64,000 nt of DNA. Origin: Planctomycetales bacterium. Lineage in GTDB: Bacteria > 4484-113. The position numbers and the translations under genes were made by a program. Location: NCBI GenBank assembly GCA_037441675.1, contig JBBIRS010000001.1, forward strand, positions 160,001 through 224,000. Reading direction: 5' to 3'. Positions 28,380 through 38,768 of the stretch are shown piece by piece (positions within the stretch are counted from its first letter, which is position 1; every line of letters begins with the position of its first letter). The notes beneath the pieces were generated by a model that had not been told where the DNA came from, did not search any database, and was given only the letters and a program-made list of their open reading frames with translations.

Positions 28380-29144
28380 TTACTTTAGCTTCCCCGCAAG
28401 CTGAATAACCTGCAAAAGGGACATACCTAAACTTAATAAAAGGATGATACACACTGTTATAATCGCTTGAGAAACCTTCAGGCTAGCGGATCTAACTAGA
28501 CCAAGGTACATTAAATAAAGTGACCAAAGGGTGAATAAAGAAAGATTAAAAAGGATAAACGAAAGTAGAATCTGCCCCGAGAATACGGATGCAAGGCTCG
28601 TGTAGAATAATGCAGGTTGTGTGTCTCTTAAATAGTTAGAAACACCAGAAAACTCGGGACGAACGATTGCCACTACAAATCCATTCATCATTTGCGCGAG
28701 GAATGTAGGGAAGTAGGAATAAGTAACTATACTAATAGCTTGAGAAAAGCGCATGCTACCAGTGAGTATCAAGCCCAAAAGCCAGACAATCCCTCCACTA
28801 ATCAAAAAACTCACACCAATTCCAACGGGAGTAAAAATAGCGCCCACAATTCCAAGTGCAGTGTCACCCATTACTTGCGGTGGGATTTGTTTTCCCTGAG
28901 CAGCTATCAAATTTCTTTGCATTTCCCACATAATTGGCGCATTAAAAAAGGTCACCACAGCCATAAGAATTGATATCAAAATGAATGGTCTCCAAAAATC
29001 GCTTTTAGTCTTCAGATAATCATATGTGACTTTCGGTTCAATAAAGACTGATAAAACCCGCATACCAAAATTTGGCTCCCGCGTTTCACCCTTTGATGTT
29101 GAATCAGTTATTTGACCGCTTTCCCCTGAATTTGTCTCTCTCAT
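28380..29144 (-). CDS. Yip1 family membrane protein (YknW-like)
   Basis: VFIEPKVTY, five TM segments, NLSLFTLWSLYLMYLGL; ATG 29144 after GGAGG. Confidence 0.8.
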   Translation of the reverse strand: MRETNSGESGQITDSTSKGETREPNFGMRVLSVFIEPKVTYDYLKTKSDFWRPFILISILMAVVTFFNAPIMWEMQRNLIAAQGKQIPPQVMGDTALGIVGAIFTPVGIGVSFLISGGIVWLLGLILTGSMRFSQAISIVTYSYFPTFLAQMMNGFVVAIVRPEFSGVSNYLRDTQPALFYTSLASVFSGQILLSFILFNLSLFTLWSLYLMYLGLVRSASLKVSQAIITVCIILLLSLGMSLLQVIQLAGKLK

Positions 29145-29420
29145 TATTTTTCCCTCCAAAGGTTGCTGGCAGATATTTTATCAAGTGTCCCTGCTTTTAG
29201 GAAATGAACTTCGCTATGCTACGAAGAATAAATGAGAATAATCTTTAGGATAGAAATGTTAGTGGCTATAGCTAAAGAGCTAATTGATTGAGGTTTTAGT
29301 TTAGAAAATAGTGTATTGAAAAGTGATACTCCGCACCGCTCAAGCTCAACGAAACACGGGGGATATGTCCCCTATGTAAGAGCCTCTGGTAATCAATAGT
29401 GGAGCAAGAGTAACCCGTAA

Positions 29421-29714
29421 CTAATCTGGTTGAATAGTATCCACTGGAATTAAATGTCCGAACTCTGGGATTTCTCTTCTAAGTGCCTGTTCAATGCCAA
29501 GCTTCAAAGTGTAAATAGAAGATGGACATCCGACGCAGGCGCCAAGAAGTCTAACTTTCACATCCTGCCCCACGAACTCAATAACTTCAATATCTCCACC
29601 CTCCATATTCAAAAAAGGTCTAACTTTCTCAATGACCGCGTAAACTTTCTGCTGAAATCTCGCTTCATCTACGAGTGGATTAGTTGATACCTGTTCATTT
29701 TCCTTTGTTTCCAC
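29421..29714 (-). CDS. NifU-domain Fe-S carrier protein
   Basis: VRPFLNMEGGDIE, GACVGCPSS, TLKLGIE. Confidence 0.92.
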   Translation of the reverse strand: METKENEQVSTNPLVDEARFQQKVYAVIEKVRPFLNMEGGDIEVIEFVGQDVKVRLLGACVGCPSSIYTLKLGIEQALRREIPEFGHLIPVDTIQPD

Positions 29715-29846
29715 TAATGTTTCTCCTCTACAGAATAAACACCCAAAACGTAAAAATTATTTTAACACAAGTATTACTAGTAAAATTTAGGCGCTTAGTT
29801 GAAAGAACTTAAAGCCTAGGCAAAAGCGCTCTTATCCCTCAAAGCC

Positions 29847-30617
29847 CTACGCAAAGAACTTGCGTCTAACCAAGATTACTTTCCCAAGAATTTCCACTTC
29901 CTCGGGGTACTTCAAGACCATTGGCTTATACCGACTGTTTGCAGACTGAAGGATCAGTCTGTCTTCTTCAAAGTAAACAACTTTCACGGTAGTTTCTCTG
30001 TGACCAATCTGAACAACAGCTATATCTCCATCAGAAACTTTGGTGGAAGGTGATACCACCAAGACATCACCATCCAGAATGCCTGCATCAACCATAGAAT
30101 CACCCTTTACGACTAGAGCAAAGGCTTTGGGGTCATAGTTAATCTCTTCTTCCGCCAGGATAATCTTTTGAACATCATCATAGATGGAAACGACGTTAGC
30201 TTCTTGAAAGAGCCCGGCAGGCACTTTATCAAAGACGGGTATTTCCCTTCGAGAAATTGGTAGTCCGGGCGGGGGAGGAGTAGGGAGTTGGGCCCCAACA
30301 AGATGAGTAATAGCGCTCTTTATTTCTCTAATATCTTGCGCTACGTTAGCTTCAACGCCGAGAAACGCTCGTTCCTTAAATTCTGGGCTTAACAGCCCGC
30401 TTGCTACCACTAGCTCATCGTAGGGAAAGTCTAGAGTCTCGCTCATTTTTCGCATAATCTTGGTGGAAGGTCTTCTTTCACCGTTTTCAATGCGAGATAG
30501 GTAGGAATTGTTGACGCCAATGGCATTAGCCAAATCATTCTGGCTCATGCCTTTGCTAATTCGCAGGTTTCGTATAAGTATACCGATTTCCTTAAATGGC
30601 TTATCCTCGTATTTCAT
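29847..30617 (-). CDS. XRE HTH + S24 peptidase (CI/LexA-like) transcriptional repressor
   Basis: MSQNDLA..SYLSRIENGERRPS HTH; VPAG cleavage site; GDSM serine and TVK lysine. Confidence 0.9.
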   Translation of the reverse strand: MKYEDKPFKEIGILIRNLRISKGMSQNDLANAIGVNNSYLSRIENGERRPSTKIMRKMSETLDFPYDELVVASGLLSPEFKERAFLGVEANVAQDIREIKSAITHLVGAQLPTPPPPGLPISRREIPVFDKVPAGLFQEANVVSIYDDVQKIILAEEEINYDPKAFALVVKGDSMVDAGILDGDVLVVSPSTKVSDGDIAVVQIGHRETTVKVVYFEEDRLILQSANSRYKPMVLKYPEEVEILGKVILVRRKFFA

Positions 30618-30631
30618 GGCTTTTTCAAAAT

Positions 30632-30653
30632 TTAAAGTGGATTTTCACTTTAA
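30632..30653. promoter_or_regulatory. Candidate operator TTAAAGTG-N6-CACTTTAA
   Basis: Perfect 8-bp inverted repeat 14 nt upstream of the repressor ATG. Confidence 0.55.
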
Positions 30654-30795
30654 TAATACAGCATATTTCTCTCAATGTCTATTGTTATAAGCTATGTAAA
30701 TATTCACACTTTGAGAGCCACAATCTTTTTATATTTATATTATGTCCTTAGAATTTCTATTCTCCCTATTAAAATTAAAATATAATCAAGCATAG

Positions 30796-31589
30796 ATGGG
30801 GATATTTACTGGAAAAAGGTTAGTAATAGCCACACCTGAGCAAACCTATTTGGAGATAAACTATGCGGGCTTCACCCGCCGAGCATTAGCAGTCGTCATT
30901 GATACTATTCTCGTGGGATTTCTTCAAGTGTTGGTTGGAGCACTTTTATGGGTTGTATGGTTTCTTTTTCGCTTTCTTGATATAGATTCTGCAACAAAAA
31001 ACGTCTCTTCAAGCTATTCGTTAATGTTTCTTGTATTGTTAATCACCACACTCTTTATTGTCGCTTTTCTCTACTTTTTCATTTGGGAGTACTATGGCAA
31101 TGGGGCAACACCTGGAAAGCTCCTACTAGGAATAAGAGTGATGCGTAAGAACGGAGTAAAGCTGGACTTTACAACCGCGCTCCTGCGTAATCTCTTTCGC
31201 TTGCTGGACGCTCTACCAATACTCTATCCCTACCTACTTGGAGCTTGGGTAATGCTTCTTTCCAAAGACGAGCAACGAATAGGAGATATTGTCGCAGATA
31301 CAGTTGTTGTTACCTTGCCACGAGCAAGAAGTGGCGCGGAAATCGGAGTGCTAACATCAATCCTCCTCAACGCTAAAGCAAGTAAAGCTATTCATCACAA
31401 GCAAAAATGCTAACTACTCAGTTGCTGTCTGAATTTGTGTTACGACGGGAGAAACTCACCGAGTCCGCTAGAGCCATTTTGGTAAATAAACTAGCGGAAC
31501 TCTATCGCCTAAGAGAGGATTTATCCGTGAATGAAAAAGAGCGTCTTCTATTGGGAATTTCAGCTGATGAGGCGAGAATGAATGAGTAA
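30796..31589 (+). CDS. RDD family protein, split by a -1 frameshift near 31386-31410
   Basis: YAGFTRRALAVVID, GATPGKLLLGIRV and QRIGDIVADT in 30796-31413; the usual C-terminal helix (EFVLRREKLTESARAILVNKLA) lies in another frame at 31407-31589. Confidence 0.8.
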
Positions 31590-31595
31590 GTCCAA

Positions 31596-32018
31596 CTACA
31601 ATTCAAAGGGATCAGGGAGTAAATCAAGAAACCTTATGACCAAAATTTCTCCCCGTTTAGCCATCAAGTATAAAAGTGTATCTTCATTAGAGAATGGCAG
31701 AAGAGCTTGCCTGCAAGCTCCGCAGGGGTAGCAGGGCTTTGATGTATTAGAAATCACCGCCAGGCTGTAAACTCTAGCCTTTCTACCAAGCTCAGTGATC
31801 ATTGCAGCAAGCGCCGATCTCTCCGCGCATAGGCTTATACCAAAAGATGGGTTTTCAACATTTACGCCATTAAAAATACGACCACCTTCACTTTTAATAG
31901 CGCAGGCAACCTTGAATCTTGAGTATGGCGCATAGGCGTTGGGTAACTTCGAGAGGGCGCTGTTAATTAGCCTCTTGGCATCCTTCCTCTGATTTGCATC
32001 TAGATTTTTATCCTTCAT
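31596..32018 (-). CDS. cdd: Cytidine deaminase
   Basis: AYAPYSRFKV, GVNVEN, CAERSA, PCGACRQ. Confidence 0.95.
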   Translation of the reverse strand: MKDKNLDANQRKDAKRLINSALSKLPNAYAPYSRFKVACAIKSEGGRIFNGVNVENPSFGISLCAERSALAAMITELGRKARVYSLAVISNTSKPCYPCGACRQALLPFSNEDTLLYLMAKRGEILVIRFLDLLPDPFEL

Positions 32019-32184
32019 TCTTCTCAGTTATGCTAGAGCCAAAAACCATACTGGTCAAGCTCCACCTTGCTCCAATTTTGCATCTTAAAAGAGAATAGTA
32101 AAAAGCACAGAACTAGGCGACTGCTTTTCAAGCATTTTAGCTTTCTTAAAGTGTTAGAATTGGTTTTTAGGTAGATTTGAACCA

Positions 32185-34944
32185 GTGGGAATATTTGAAT
32201 TAATTTTTGATTCAAACAAACGGGAGCTTGCTCGTCTTGTAAAGCTGGTTGCGCAGATAAACGAGTTCGCTCCCAAAATCGAAGGTAAGTCCCTTGACTT
32301 CTACCGTGAACGTATATCACAAATCCGAGCCGAGATTGAAGGCTCTCCCAAGGAAAAACATGAAGAATTAATGAGAAAGCACCTTCCCGAGGTTTTCGCA
32401 ATCGTAAGAGAAACCTCGGCTAAAACCATTGGACTTAGACACTTTGACGTTCAAATGATAGCGGGCATAGTTCTTCACGAGGGGCGAATCGCGGAACAGA
32501 AGACTGGCGAGGGTAAAACCCTTTCTGCTACTCTTGCGGTAACTTTGAACGCTTTAACCGGTAGAGGCGTCCATGTTGTGACAGTTAACGATTACCTGGC
32601 AAGGCGTGATGCCGAATGGATGGGACCAATTTACAAAGTTCTTGGGCTAACCGTTGGCGCTCTACAGCACGATACAGATATAGCGAGTAGAAAGGAACTT
32701 TACCAGTTGGACATTCTCTACGGCACAAACAATGAATTTGGCTTTGACTACCTTCGGGACAATATGGTCATTCACGTTAACGATATTGTTCAAAGGGATC
32801 TCTATTACGCAATTGTGGATGAGGTTGATTCCATCCTTATAGATGAAGCACGAACTCCACTAATCATTAGTGGGACGAGTACTGAGGATACCTCAATGTA
32901 CTATCGCGCGAACGAAATCGTGCAAAGGCTTAAGGGAAAAGATGTTACCGGACAGGAAAAACCGACAGACATTTTTGCGGACAGAAAGAGCGTGGATGAT
33001 TCCCATAAGGATTGGGATTTTGAATACGATCGCAAAGCTCACACTGTTTCCCTAACCACTCGTGGCATAACGAAGGTTCAGCGGGAACTTTCAGATGTTT
33101 TAGGTAGCACCGACTTATTTGACTTTGAAAACAGCGAGATTCTGCACTTCATTCAGCAAGCGTTAAGGGCACACTCCCTCTATGAGAATGAGGTTGACTA
33201 CATCGTTAAAGACGGTCAGGTCATCATAGTTGATGAGTTTACAGGAAGACTTATGTTCGGTCGAAGGTACTCTGACGGTTTGCATCAAGCAATTGAGGCA
33301 AAGGAAGGGCTAAAGGTAAAGGCAGAATCTCAAACTCTCGCAACGATAACGATACAGAATTATTTCAGAATGTACGAGAAGTTGGCAGGTATGACCGGGA
33401 CTGCAAAGACAGAAGAGGAAGAATTTAAGAAAATCTACGGATTTGACGTTGTAGTCATACCAACAAATAAGCCTATGATAAGAAAGGATTATCCCGATGC
33501 AGTCTATAAGACTGAGCGTGGGAAATTCAAGGCAATTGTAGAAGAGGTAGCGGAGTGTTACAAGCGTGGTCAGCCTGTTCTCGTAGGTACAATAAGTATT
33601 GAAAAGAGCGAGCGAATTTCTCGGCTTCTTCAAGCCAAAGGCATCCCGCATGAAGTCCTTAACGCAAAGTATCACGAAAAGGAAGCCCTAATAGTAGCTC
33701 AAGCTGGAAGGTATAAAGCAGTAACAATCGCTACGAATATGGCAGGGCGGGGAACGGATATAGTCCTCGGGGGCAACCCAGAGTATCTAGCGAGAGAAAG
33801 GATGAAAGCTCGAGGGCTTAACTGGGAAGAAGAGAAAGAGCTTTACGAGAAGTTCCTAGCCGAGGCAAAGGCGGAAACTGAAGGCGAACATGAGAAGGTT
33901 GTTTCCCTAGGCGGTTTGCATATCATCGGAAGTGAGCGCCATGAATCGCGAAGGATTGACAATCAGCTTAGGGGTAGGGCAGGCCGTCAGGGTGACCCTG
34001 GCTCTTCACGATTCTTCCTTTCCCTTGAGGATGACCTGATGAAGATGTATGGCGGAGAAAGAATTGCTTGGATTATGGATAAGATTGGCTTGTCAGAGGA
34101 AGAAAGAATTGAGCATCCTCTTTTAACCAGGGCAATAGAGAATGCGCAGAAAAAGGTTGAAGCTAGAAACTTTGACATTAGAAAAACAGTCCTTCAATAT
34201 GACGACGTAATGAATAAACAGCGCGAGGTTATCTACTCCGAGCGCAAAAATATACTTAAAGGTGAAAACCTTAGAGAACAAACCCTAAGCTTCTTGAAAG
34301 AAATGATTAACGCACTTGTTGATAAACATTCTCTGCAAAGCATAAAAAAGCAAGTTGATGTCAACTATGAAGAGCTTTTCGCTGAAATTAACTTATCTCT
34401 TCCCTTAACAGGGCTCACATTTGAAGATATTAACAACAAACATCCCGAAGAGTTGAAGAAAGAAATTTATTCCCATATGGTTTCAGCCTATCAAAAGAGG
34501 GAAGAAGAGATAGGCGAAGAGTTAATGCGGGAAATAGAGCGCGTTATTACCCTTAGAACGATAGATGAGAACTGGATAGATCACTTGAATATCCTAGATC
34601 ACCTTCGTGAAGGCATAGGACTTAGGGGCTATGGGCAGGTTGATCCAATCGTAGTTTTCGCGCAGGAGGCGTTTGAACTCTTCGATGCCTTGAAGGTGAA
34701 AATCCAGACAGATACAGTTAGTAGACTGTTTAGGGTTCAAGTGCGTCAGGAGAAACCCGTTGAGAGAAAAAGTGCCTATAACATTTTAGGCGCATACCAG
34801 CCCACCTCCAGTGGTGAAGGAAGGGGTGTAACACTTAAGCGGAAAATTCCCAAAGTGGGTAGAAACGACCCCTGCCCTTGCGGAAGTGGCAAGAAGTACA
34901 AGAAATGCCACGGAAGACCTGGACTGGAAGAAGAAATTGCTTGA
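32185..34944 (+). CDS. secA: Preprotein translocase ATPase SecA
   Basis: [45 protein letters not shown] motif [18 protein letters not shown]. Confidence 0.99.
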   Translation: MGIFELIFDSNKRELARLVKLVAQINEFAPKIEGKSLDFYRERISQIRAEIEGSPKEKHEELMRKHLPEVFAIVRETSAKTIGLRHFDVQMIAGIVLHEGRIAEQKTGEGKTLSATLAVTLNALTGRGVHVVTVNDYLARRDAEWMGPIYKVLGLTVGALQHDTDIASRKELYQLDILYGTNNEFGFDYLRDNMVIHVNDIVQRDLYYAIVDEVDSILIDEARTPLIISGTSTEDTSMYYRANEIVQRLKGKDVTGQEKPTDIFADRKSVDDSHKDWDFEYDRKAHTVSLTTRGITKVQRELSDVLGSTDLFDFENSEILHFIQQALRAHSLYENEVDYIVKDGQVIIVDEFTGRLMFGRRYSDGLHQAIEAKEGLKVKAESQTLATITIQNYFRMYEKLAGMTGTAKTEEEEFKKIYGFDVVVIPTNKPMIRKDYPDAVYKTERGKFKAIVEEVAECYKRGQPVLVGTISIEKSERISRLLQAKGIPHEVLNAKYHEKEALIVAQAGRYKAVTIATNMAGRGTDIVLGGNPEYLARERMKARGLNWEEEKELYEKFLAEAKAETEGEHEKVVSLGGLHIIGSERHESRRIDNQLRGRAGRQGDPGSSRFFLSLEDDLMKMYGGERIAWIMDKIGLSEEERIEHPLLTRAIENAQKKVEARNFDIRKTVLQYDDVMNKQREVIYSERKNILKGENLREQTLSFLKEMINALVDKHSLQSIKKQVDVNYEELFAEINLSLPLTGLTFEDINNKHPEELKKEIYSHMVSAYQKREEEIGEELMREIERVITLRTIDENWIDHLNILDHLREGIGLRGYGQVDPIVVFAQEAFELFDALKVKIQTDTVSRLFRVQVRQEKPVERKSAYNILGAYQPTSSGEGRGVTLKRKIPKVGRNDPCPCGSGKKYKKCHGRPGLEEEIA

Positions 34945-35094
34945 TCACCTCTAAAATAGTCCTTTCAGCATTTACCAAGTGAATCTTTGAGAGAATTCTT
35001 TCACAGGGTTAGAAGTTAACAGGCTGGTTTCTTCGCGGCTCTCTTTTTCTCCACTATCTTAGACACAATTCTTGGACTGATATAATCTGGCATT

Positions 35095-36222
35095 GTGCAT
35101 GTGTTAATCATTGCTGGAAGGGCTGGAGATGGCACTTGTGGAGTAAGTGACCACTCCCTCTTTTTAGCTATAGCTCTAAGTCAGCATATTCAGGTTTCTC
35201 TTCTCTGTCGTGAGGGAATGGGCCCAAGAGACGAGTATAAAAAAATACTTGACTCCTCAAATGTTCATCTTGTTCCTATCAAAAGCTTCGGCATAAACAA
35301 CTTCAAGGGGGTTCTGGCAACGATAAATCAAATAAAGCCTGACATCATTCATCTTCAGTATCCCGCGCGGGAATTTAGGCTATCCGCCTTTCCGTTGTCT
35401 CTTGCGTTAGAGAAGCGAAGACTAGGTAAATCTCTCTTGGGTCTCACTCTTCATGAGTATGCGGTATCTCACCCGCTAAGAAAACTATACTCAAGCCTTC
35501 TAATGCGTGCTTCAGACTTCATAATCGTTCCATCTTGGCGTAGTTTTTCAGTCTTAAGGAATGGATATGCTCAGAGGGTTTTTCATATACCAGATGGTGC
35601 ATTCTTCCATTTAGTTTTAGAATCCCTCTCAATTGGAAAAGGAAGTTTCAAGAGAAGGAACAGGCTTCTGTATTTTGGCTTTCCGAGTAAGACCAAGCGA
35701 CTAGGAGAGCTTATAAAAATCGTCCGCAATCTACGCAATCATAAAAAGCTTTCTCAAATAACCCTTGGGATAGTTAGCCAGAGTTACTACGAGTCTTCTG
35801 CCAAGAATCTCTCTTCTAGTCTCTCTCAATTCGTTGAGTTCTTTCCATTTCAAGACGTCGTGTCCCTTTATAAGTTAGCCCAAGAGAGCCTTCTAGTTAT
35901 TTTCCCCTTTAGTTTTGACACCCATAGAAGCTCCCTAATAAACGCTCTTAGCTTTAATATGCCAATTTACTATTTTGGTGTTGAAGAAGGCTTGGAGGAG
36001 CACTTCAAGGATGGACTGTGTTTCTATTCAGAAAAGGGTGACATGGAACAAAATGAGCTCATTTTGCGCGAACTGATAGTTAATCTTCTTCAAAATTACG
36101 AAGAAACGAGCAGAAGGATTTTACAAGCTCAGAGCAAACTGCTTGAATCCTTAAACATAAGTAAGATTGCCAACGCTCACGCTCTCCTCTACAATAACCT
36201 CCTGAGGAGTGAATCGACTTGA
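35095..36222 (+). CDS. GT-B (GT4-like) glycosyltransferase
   Basis: CGVSDHS, PDIIHLQYP, TLHE, LYFGF..K and SSLINAL; divergent. Confidence 0.75.
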   Translation: MHVLIIAGRAGDGTCGVSDHSLFLAIALSQHIQVSLLCREGMGPRDEYKKILDSSNVHLVPIKSFGINNFKGVLATINQIKPDIIHLQYPAREFRLSAFPLSLALEKRRLGKSLLGLTLHEYAVSHPLRKLYSSLLMRASDFIIVPSWRSFSVLRNGYAQRVFHIPDGAFFHLVLESLSIGKGSFKRRNRLLYFGFPSKTKRLGELIKIVRNLRNHKKLSQITLGIVSQSYYESSAKNLSSSLSQFVEFFPFQDVVSLYKLAQESLLVIFPFSFDTHRSSLINALSFNMPIYYFGVEEGLEEHFKDGLCFYSEKGDMEQNELILRELIVNLLQNYEETSRRILQAQSKLLESLNISKIANAHALLYNNLLRSEST

Positions 36223-37574
36223 GGCTCATAAGTAGTTTCATATTCATACTACTTCTCTTGCTGGTAGGTGGTGCCGCGCATTCTCAATCTATAGAACTTC
36301 CGCCAGGCTTCCCTCCTCTCAGGGATGACATTGATGTTTTCGCTCCATTTAGGATTGTTCCAACTAATCCGTTCTTAGTTAAGGACAAAAACTTTCAACC
36401 CATCGGCATAACCCTTCAACCCGAACTCCTCTCTCCCGAATATCTCCAACTCGCTTCTGAATTGAAGCCCGGTATGCTCAGACTAAGAATAGAAGAATCA
36501 GACTTTCTAGACCCAAATTCTGCCAACTTTATAAAGCTTGAATCCATCGTGGATAGTATAACTAAACAAGGTACTGATATTCTCCTGGTTTTAGATACTA
36601 ACTTTGTGGATGCAGGTCTATACTCAGCATTTTTCGCGCGGGTGTTTGGTGCAGTTGGTAGCAAGGTCCGTGAATATCAGCTTCTAGACAACATAAATTT
36701 ACGCACCGGTATCTCACTTCCAGCGCTAAGTGAAGCTATTTCCATAATCAGAAGTCTCCGGGCGCAAAGGTCTTGGGATTTTGATATAGTATTAGGGGGA
36801 ATATTAGGAATAGATCAGAACTTTATAAACAAGCTTAACTCCATGCACATTGTTGATCGCGTTGACGCTGTTGCCTTTAATCTCTTTCCAACATCATCTG
36901 GGATGGAACTCTCATCAAACGCCCCCGGAATAATCGCTCCCCACTCTATTTACGAAGCAGGTTTGTTGTTCCACAACCTCTCCTCGAATAACAAAAAAGT
37001 TTATGTTACGAGCCTAGGTGTCTCAACCGCGCTACCTCCATTCGGCGTTTCCCAACTGGAGCAGGCTTCTATGCTATCGCGGGCATCCTTGTATCTTCTC
37101 AATCTAGGTGCATCAAGGATTTTCCTCAGTTCCCTTATGGATACCGATCCTTTCAGTCTTACTCCTGCTGAATCAAGTGGGCTTGTTATGGCTGATAAAA
37201 CGCCAAAGGTTAGTTTCTCTGTTATGAAGAATCTATGTTCAATTCTGAAAGGCAGTTATTTTATTGTTCCCTACTATCTGTTTCAGATGAGTAACGAGTT
37301 TCCCGCGGAAGGTGATCCCACATTTGCCCTCCATCTATATAATCCCAATGAAAAAACAATTCACTTTATTTACTGGCTTACGACAGTTACGACCTTTGAG
37401 AGATTCACCAATCTAATTGTTTATCGTCCCGCCCTTGAGCCTCTATCTCAGGTTAACCTTCTCACGGGAGAAACTGCCTCTGTTCCTTTTCGACGAGGTG
37501 GAAACTTGCTTGTCTTTTCCCATCTACCCATTTCGCATATTCCAACTTCTATCAAATTCAAGGCTGAGGGATAA
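36219..37574 (+). CDS. Secreted clan GH-A-like (GH39/GH5-like) TIM-barrel protein lacking catalytic glutamates
   Basis: Signal peptide; EYQLLDNIN, VDAVAFNLFP, KKVYVTSLG, QASMLSR and GLVMADKTPKVSF match the clan-A layout. Confidence 0.6.
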   Translation: MRLISSFIFILLLLLVGGAAHSQSIELPPGFPPLRDDIDVFAPFRIVPTNPFLVKDKNFQPIGITLQPELLSPEYLQLASELKPGMLRLRIEESDFLDPNSANFIKLESIVDSITKQGTDILLVLDTNFVDAGLYSAFFARVFGAVGSKVREYQLLDNINLRTGISLPALSEAISIIRSLRAQRSWDFDIVLGGILGIDQNFINKLNSMHIVDRVDAVAFNLFPTSSGMELSSNAPGIIAPHSIYEAGLLFHNLSSNNKKVYVTSLGVSTALPPFGVSQLEQASMLSRASLYLLNLGASRIFLSSLMDTDPFSLTPAESSGLVMADKTPKVSFSVMKNLCSILKGSYFIVPYYLFQMSNEFPAEGDPTFALHLYNPNEKTIHFIYWLTTVTTFERFTNLIVYRPALEPLSQVNLLTGETASVPFRRGGNLLVFSHLPISHIPTSIKFKAEG

Positions 37575-38702
37575 ATGGTAAATGCTCCACCAAGAATAGC
37601 TCTTGTCAACGATTGGATAGTCAGTTTTGGTGGCGCAGAAAGGGTACTTATCGTTATGCACAAGCTCTTTCCAACTGCTCCCATTTTCACTCTCTTTTGG
37701 GATAAAGATGCAACCCCTTCAGACTTGGAAGATGCTCTCATCATTCCATCGGTTCTCCAACGCTTTCCGCGTGCGATTGCGAATTATCAAAGCCTCCTCC
37801 CTCTTTATCCATACGCCGTAGAACAGTTTGATCTCTCAAGGTTTGATGTAGTTATCTCCCTCTCCCATGCCTCTGCTAAGGGTGTGATAACTTCATCTTC
37901 GCAGAAACACCTCTGCTACTGTTACACTCCTATGCGTTACATTTGGGACCATTACCATACATATCTTAAGAATCTACGGCTCTCGCCTCTAAAAAGCTTA
38001 GTATTCAGGCTAAGCGCAAGTTACTTGCGCCAGTGGGATTACATCTCTGCCCAACGCATTGACCACTTTATTGCCATATCTGAAACGGTGAAAGAACGTT
38101 TAGAGCGGATTTATAGGAGAAAGTCGATAGTAATATATCCACCGGTGGACACGAATTTCTTTGTCCCCCTAGCAGAGGATCAGCGCGCAAATGAGTATTT
38201 TTTAATGGTTGGCAGGTTTGTAGCTTATAAAGCCTTTGAATTTGTAATTGAGCACTTCAACTACAGAGATGAACCCTTGCTTATAGTTGGTGATGGTCCC
38301 CTGCGTAAGAGGTTAATGCGACTTTCCAAGAATCCAAAGATAGAATTTGTCGGGACATTATCGGACGAAGAACTGCGCGTTCTTTATCAAAACGCCCTTG
38401 CCTTGATATTTCCCACATTCGAAGACTTCGGGCTTGTTCCCGTAGAGGCGATGGCTTGTGGGACACCAGTCATTGGTTACTCTAAGGGTGGTTGCGCTGA
38501 ATCGGTTATTGACGGCGAAACGGGAATTCTGCTTTTTGACCAGACCACTACCTCTTTGGAGAAAGCCATCGGCAGATTTTACGCTACTCGGTTTGATCGG
38601 GAGAAAATTCGGGAGCGCGCAAAATGTTTTGATGTGAGCATATTTGAGCAAAAAATGAAGCAAGCGGTTGACGCAGTATTTTCAGAGCTATCTCAATCAT
38701 AA
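37575..38702 (+). CDS. GT4 glycosyltransferase (WbaZ-like)
   Basis: DWIVSFGGAERV, CYCYTPMRYIWD, VIYPPVD, EDFGLVPVEAMACGTPVI. Confidence 0.93.
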   Translation: MVNAPPRIALVNDWIVSFGGAERVLIVMHKLFPTAPIFTLFWDKDATPSDLEDALIIPSVLQRFPRAIANYQSLLPLYPYAVEQFDLSRFDVVISLSHASAKGVITSSSQKHLCYCYTPMRYIWDHYHTYLKNLRLSPLKSLVFRLSASYLRQWDYISAQRIDHFIAISETVKERLERIYRRKSIVIYPPVDTNFFVPLAEDQRANEYFLMVGRFVAYKAFEFVIEHFNYRDEPLLIVGDGPLRKRLMRLSKNPKIEFVGTLSDEELRVLYQNALALIFPTFEDFGLVPVEAMACGTPVIGYSKGGCAESVIDGETGILLFDQTTTSLEKAIGRFYATRFDREKIRERAKCFDVSIFEQKMKQAVDAVFSELSQS

Positions 38703-38768
38703 TCGGGAAATTTTAACTTCCCGCTGTAATGTATCTTATCCGCTAAAATGCATTTTAGGTAAAAGCGA

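Noticed and set aside
29847..30617. Prophage, suggested by the CI-like repressor
   Set aside because: Flanked by nifU, RDD, cdd and secA; no integrase, cro or structural genes
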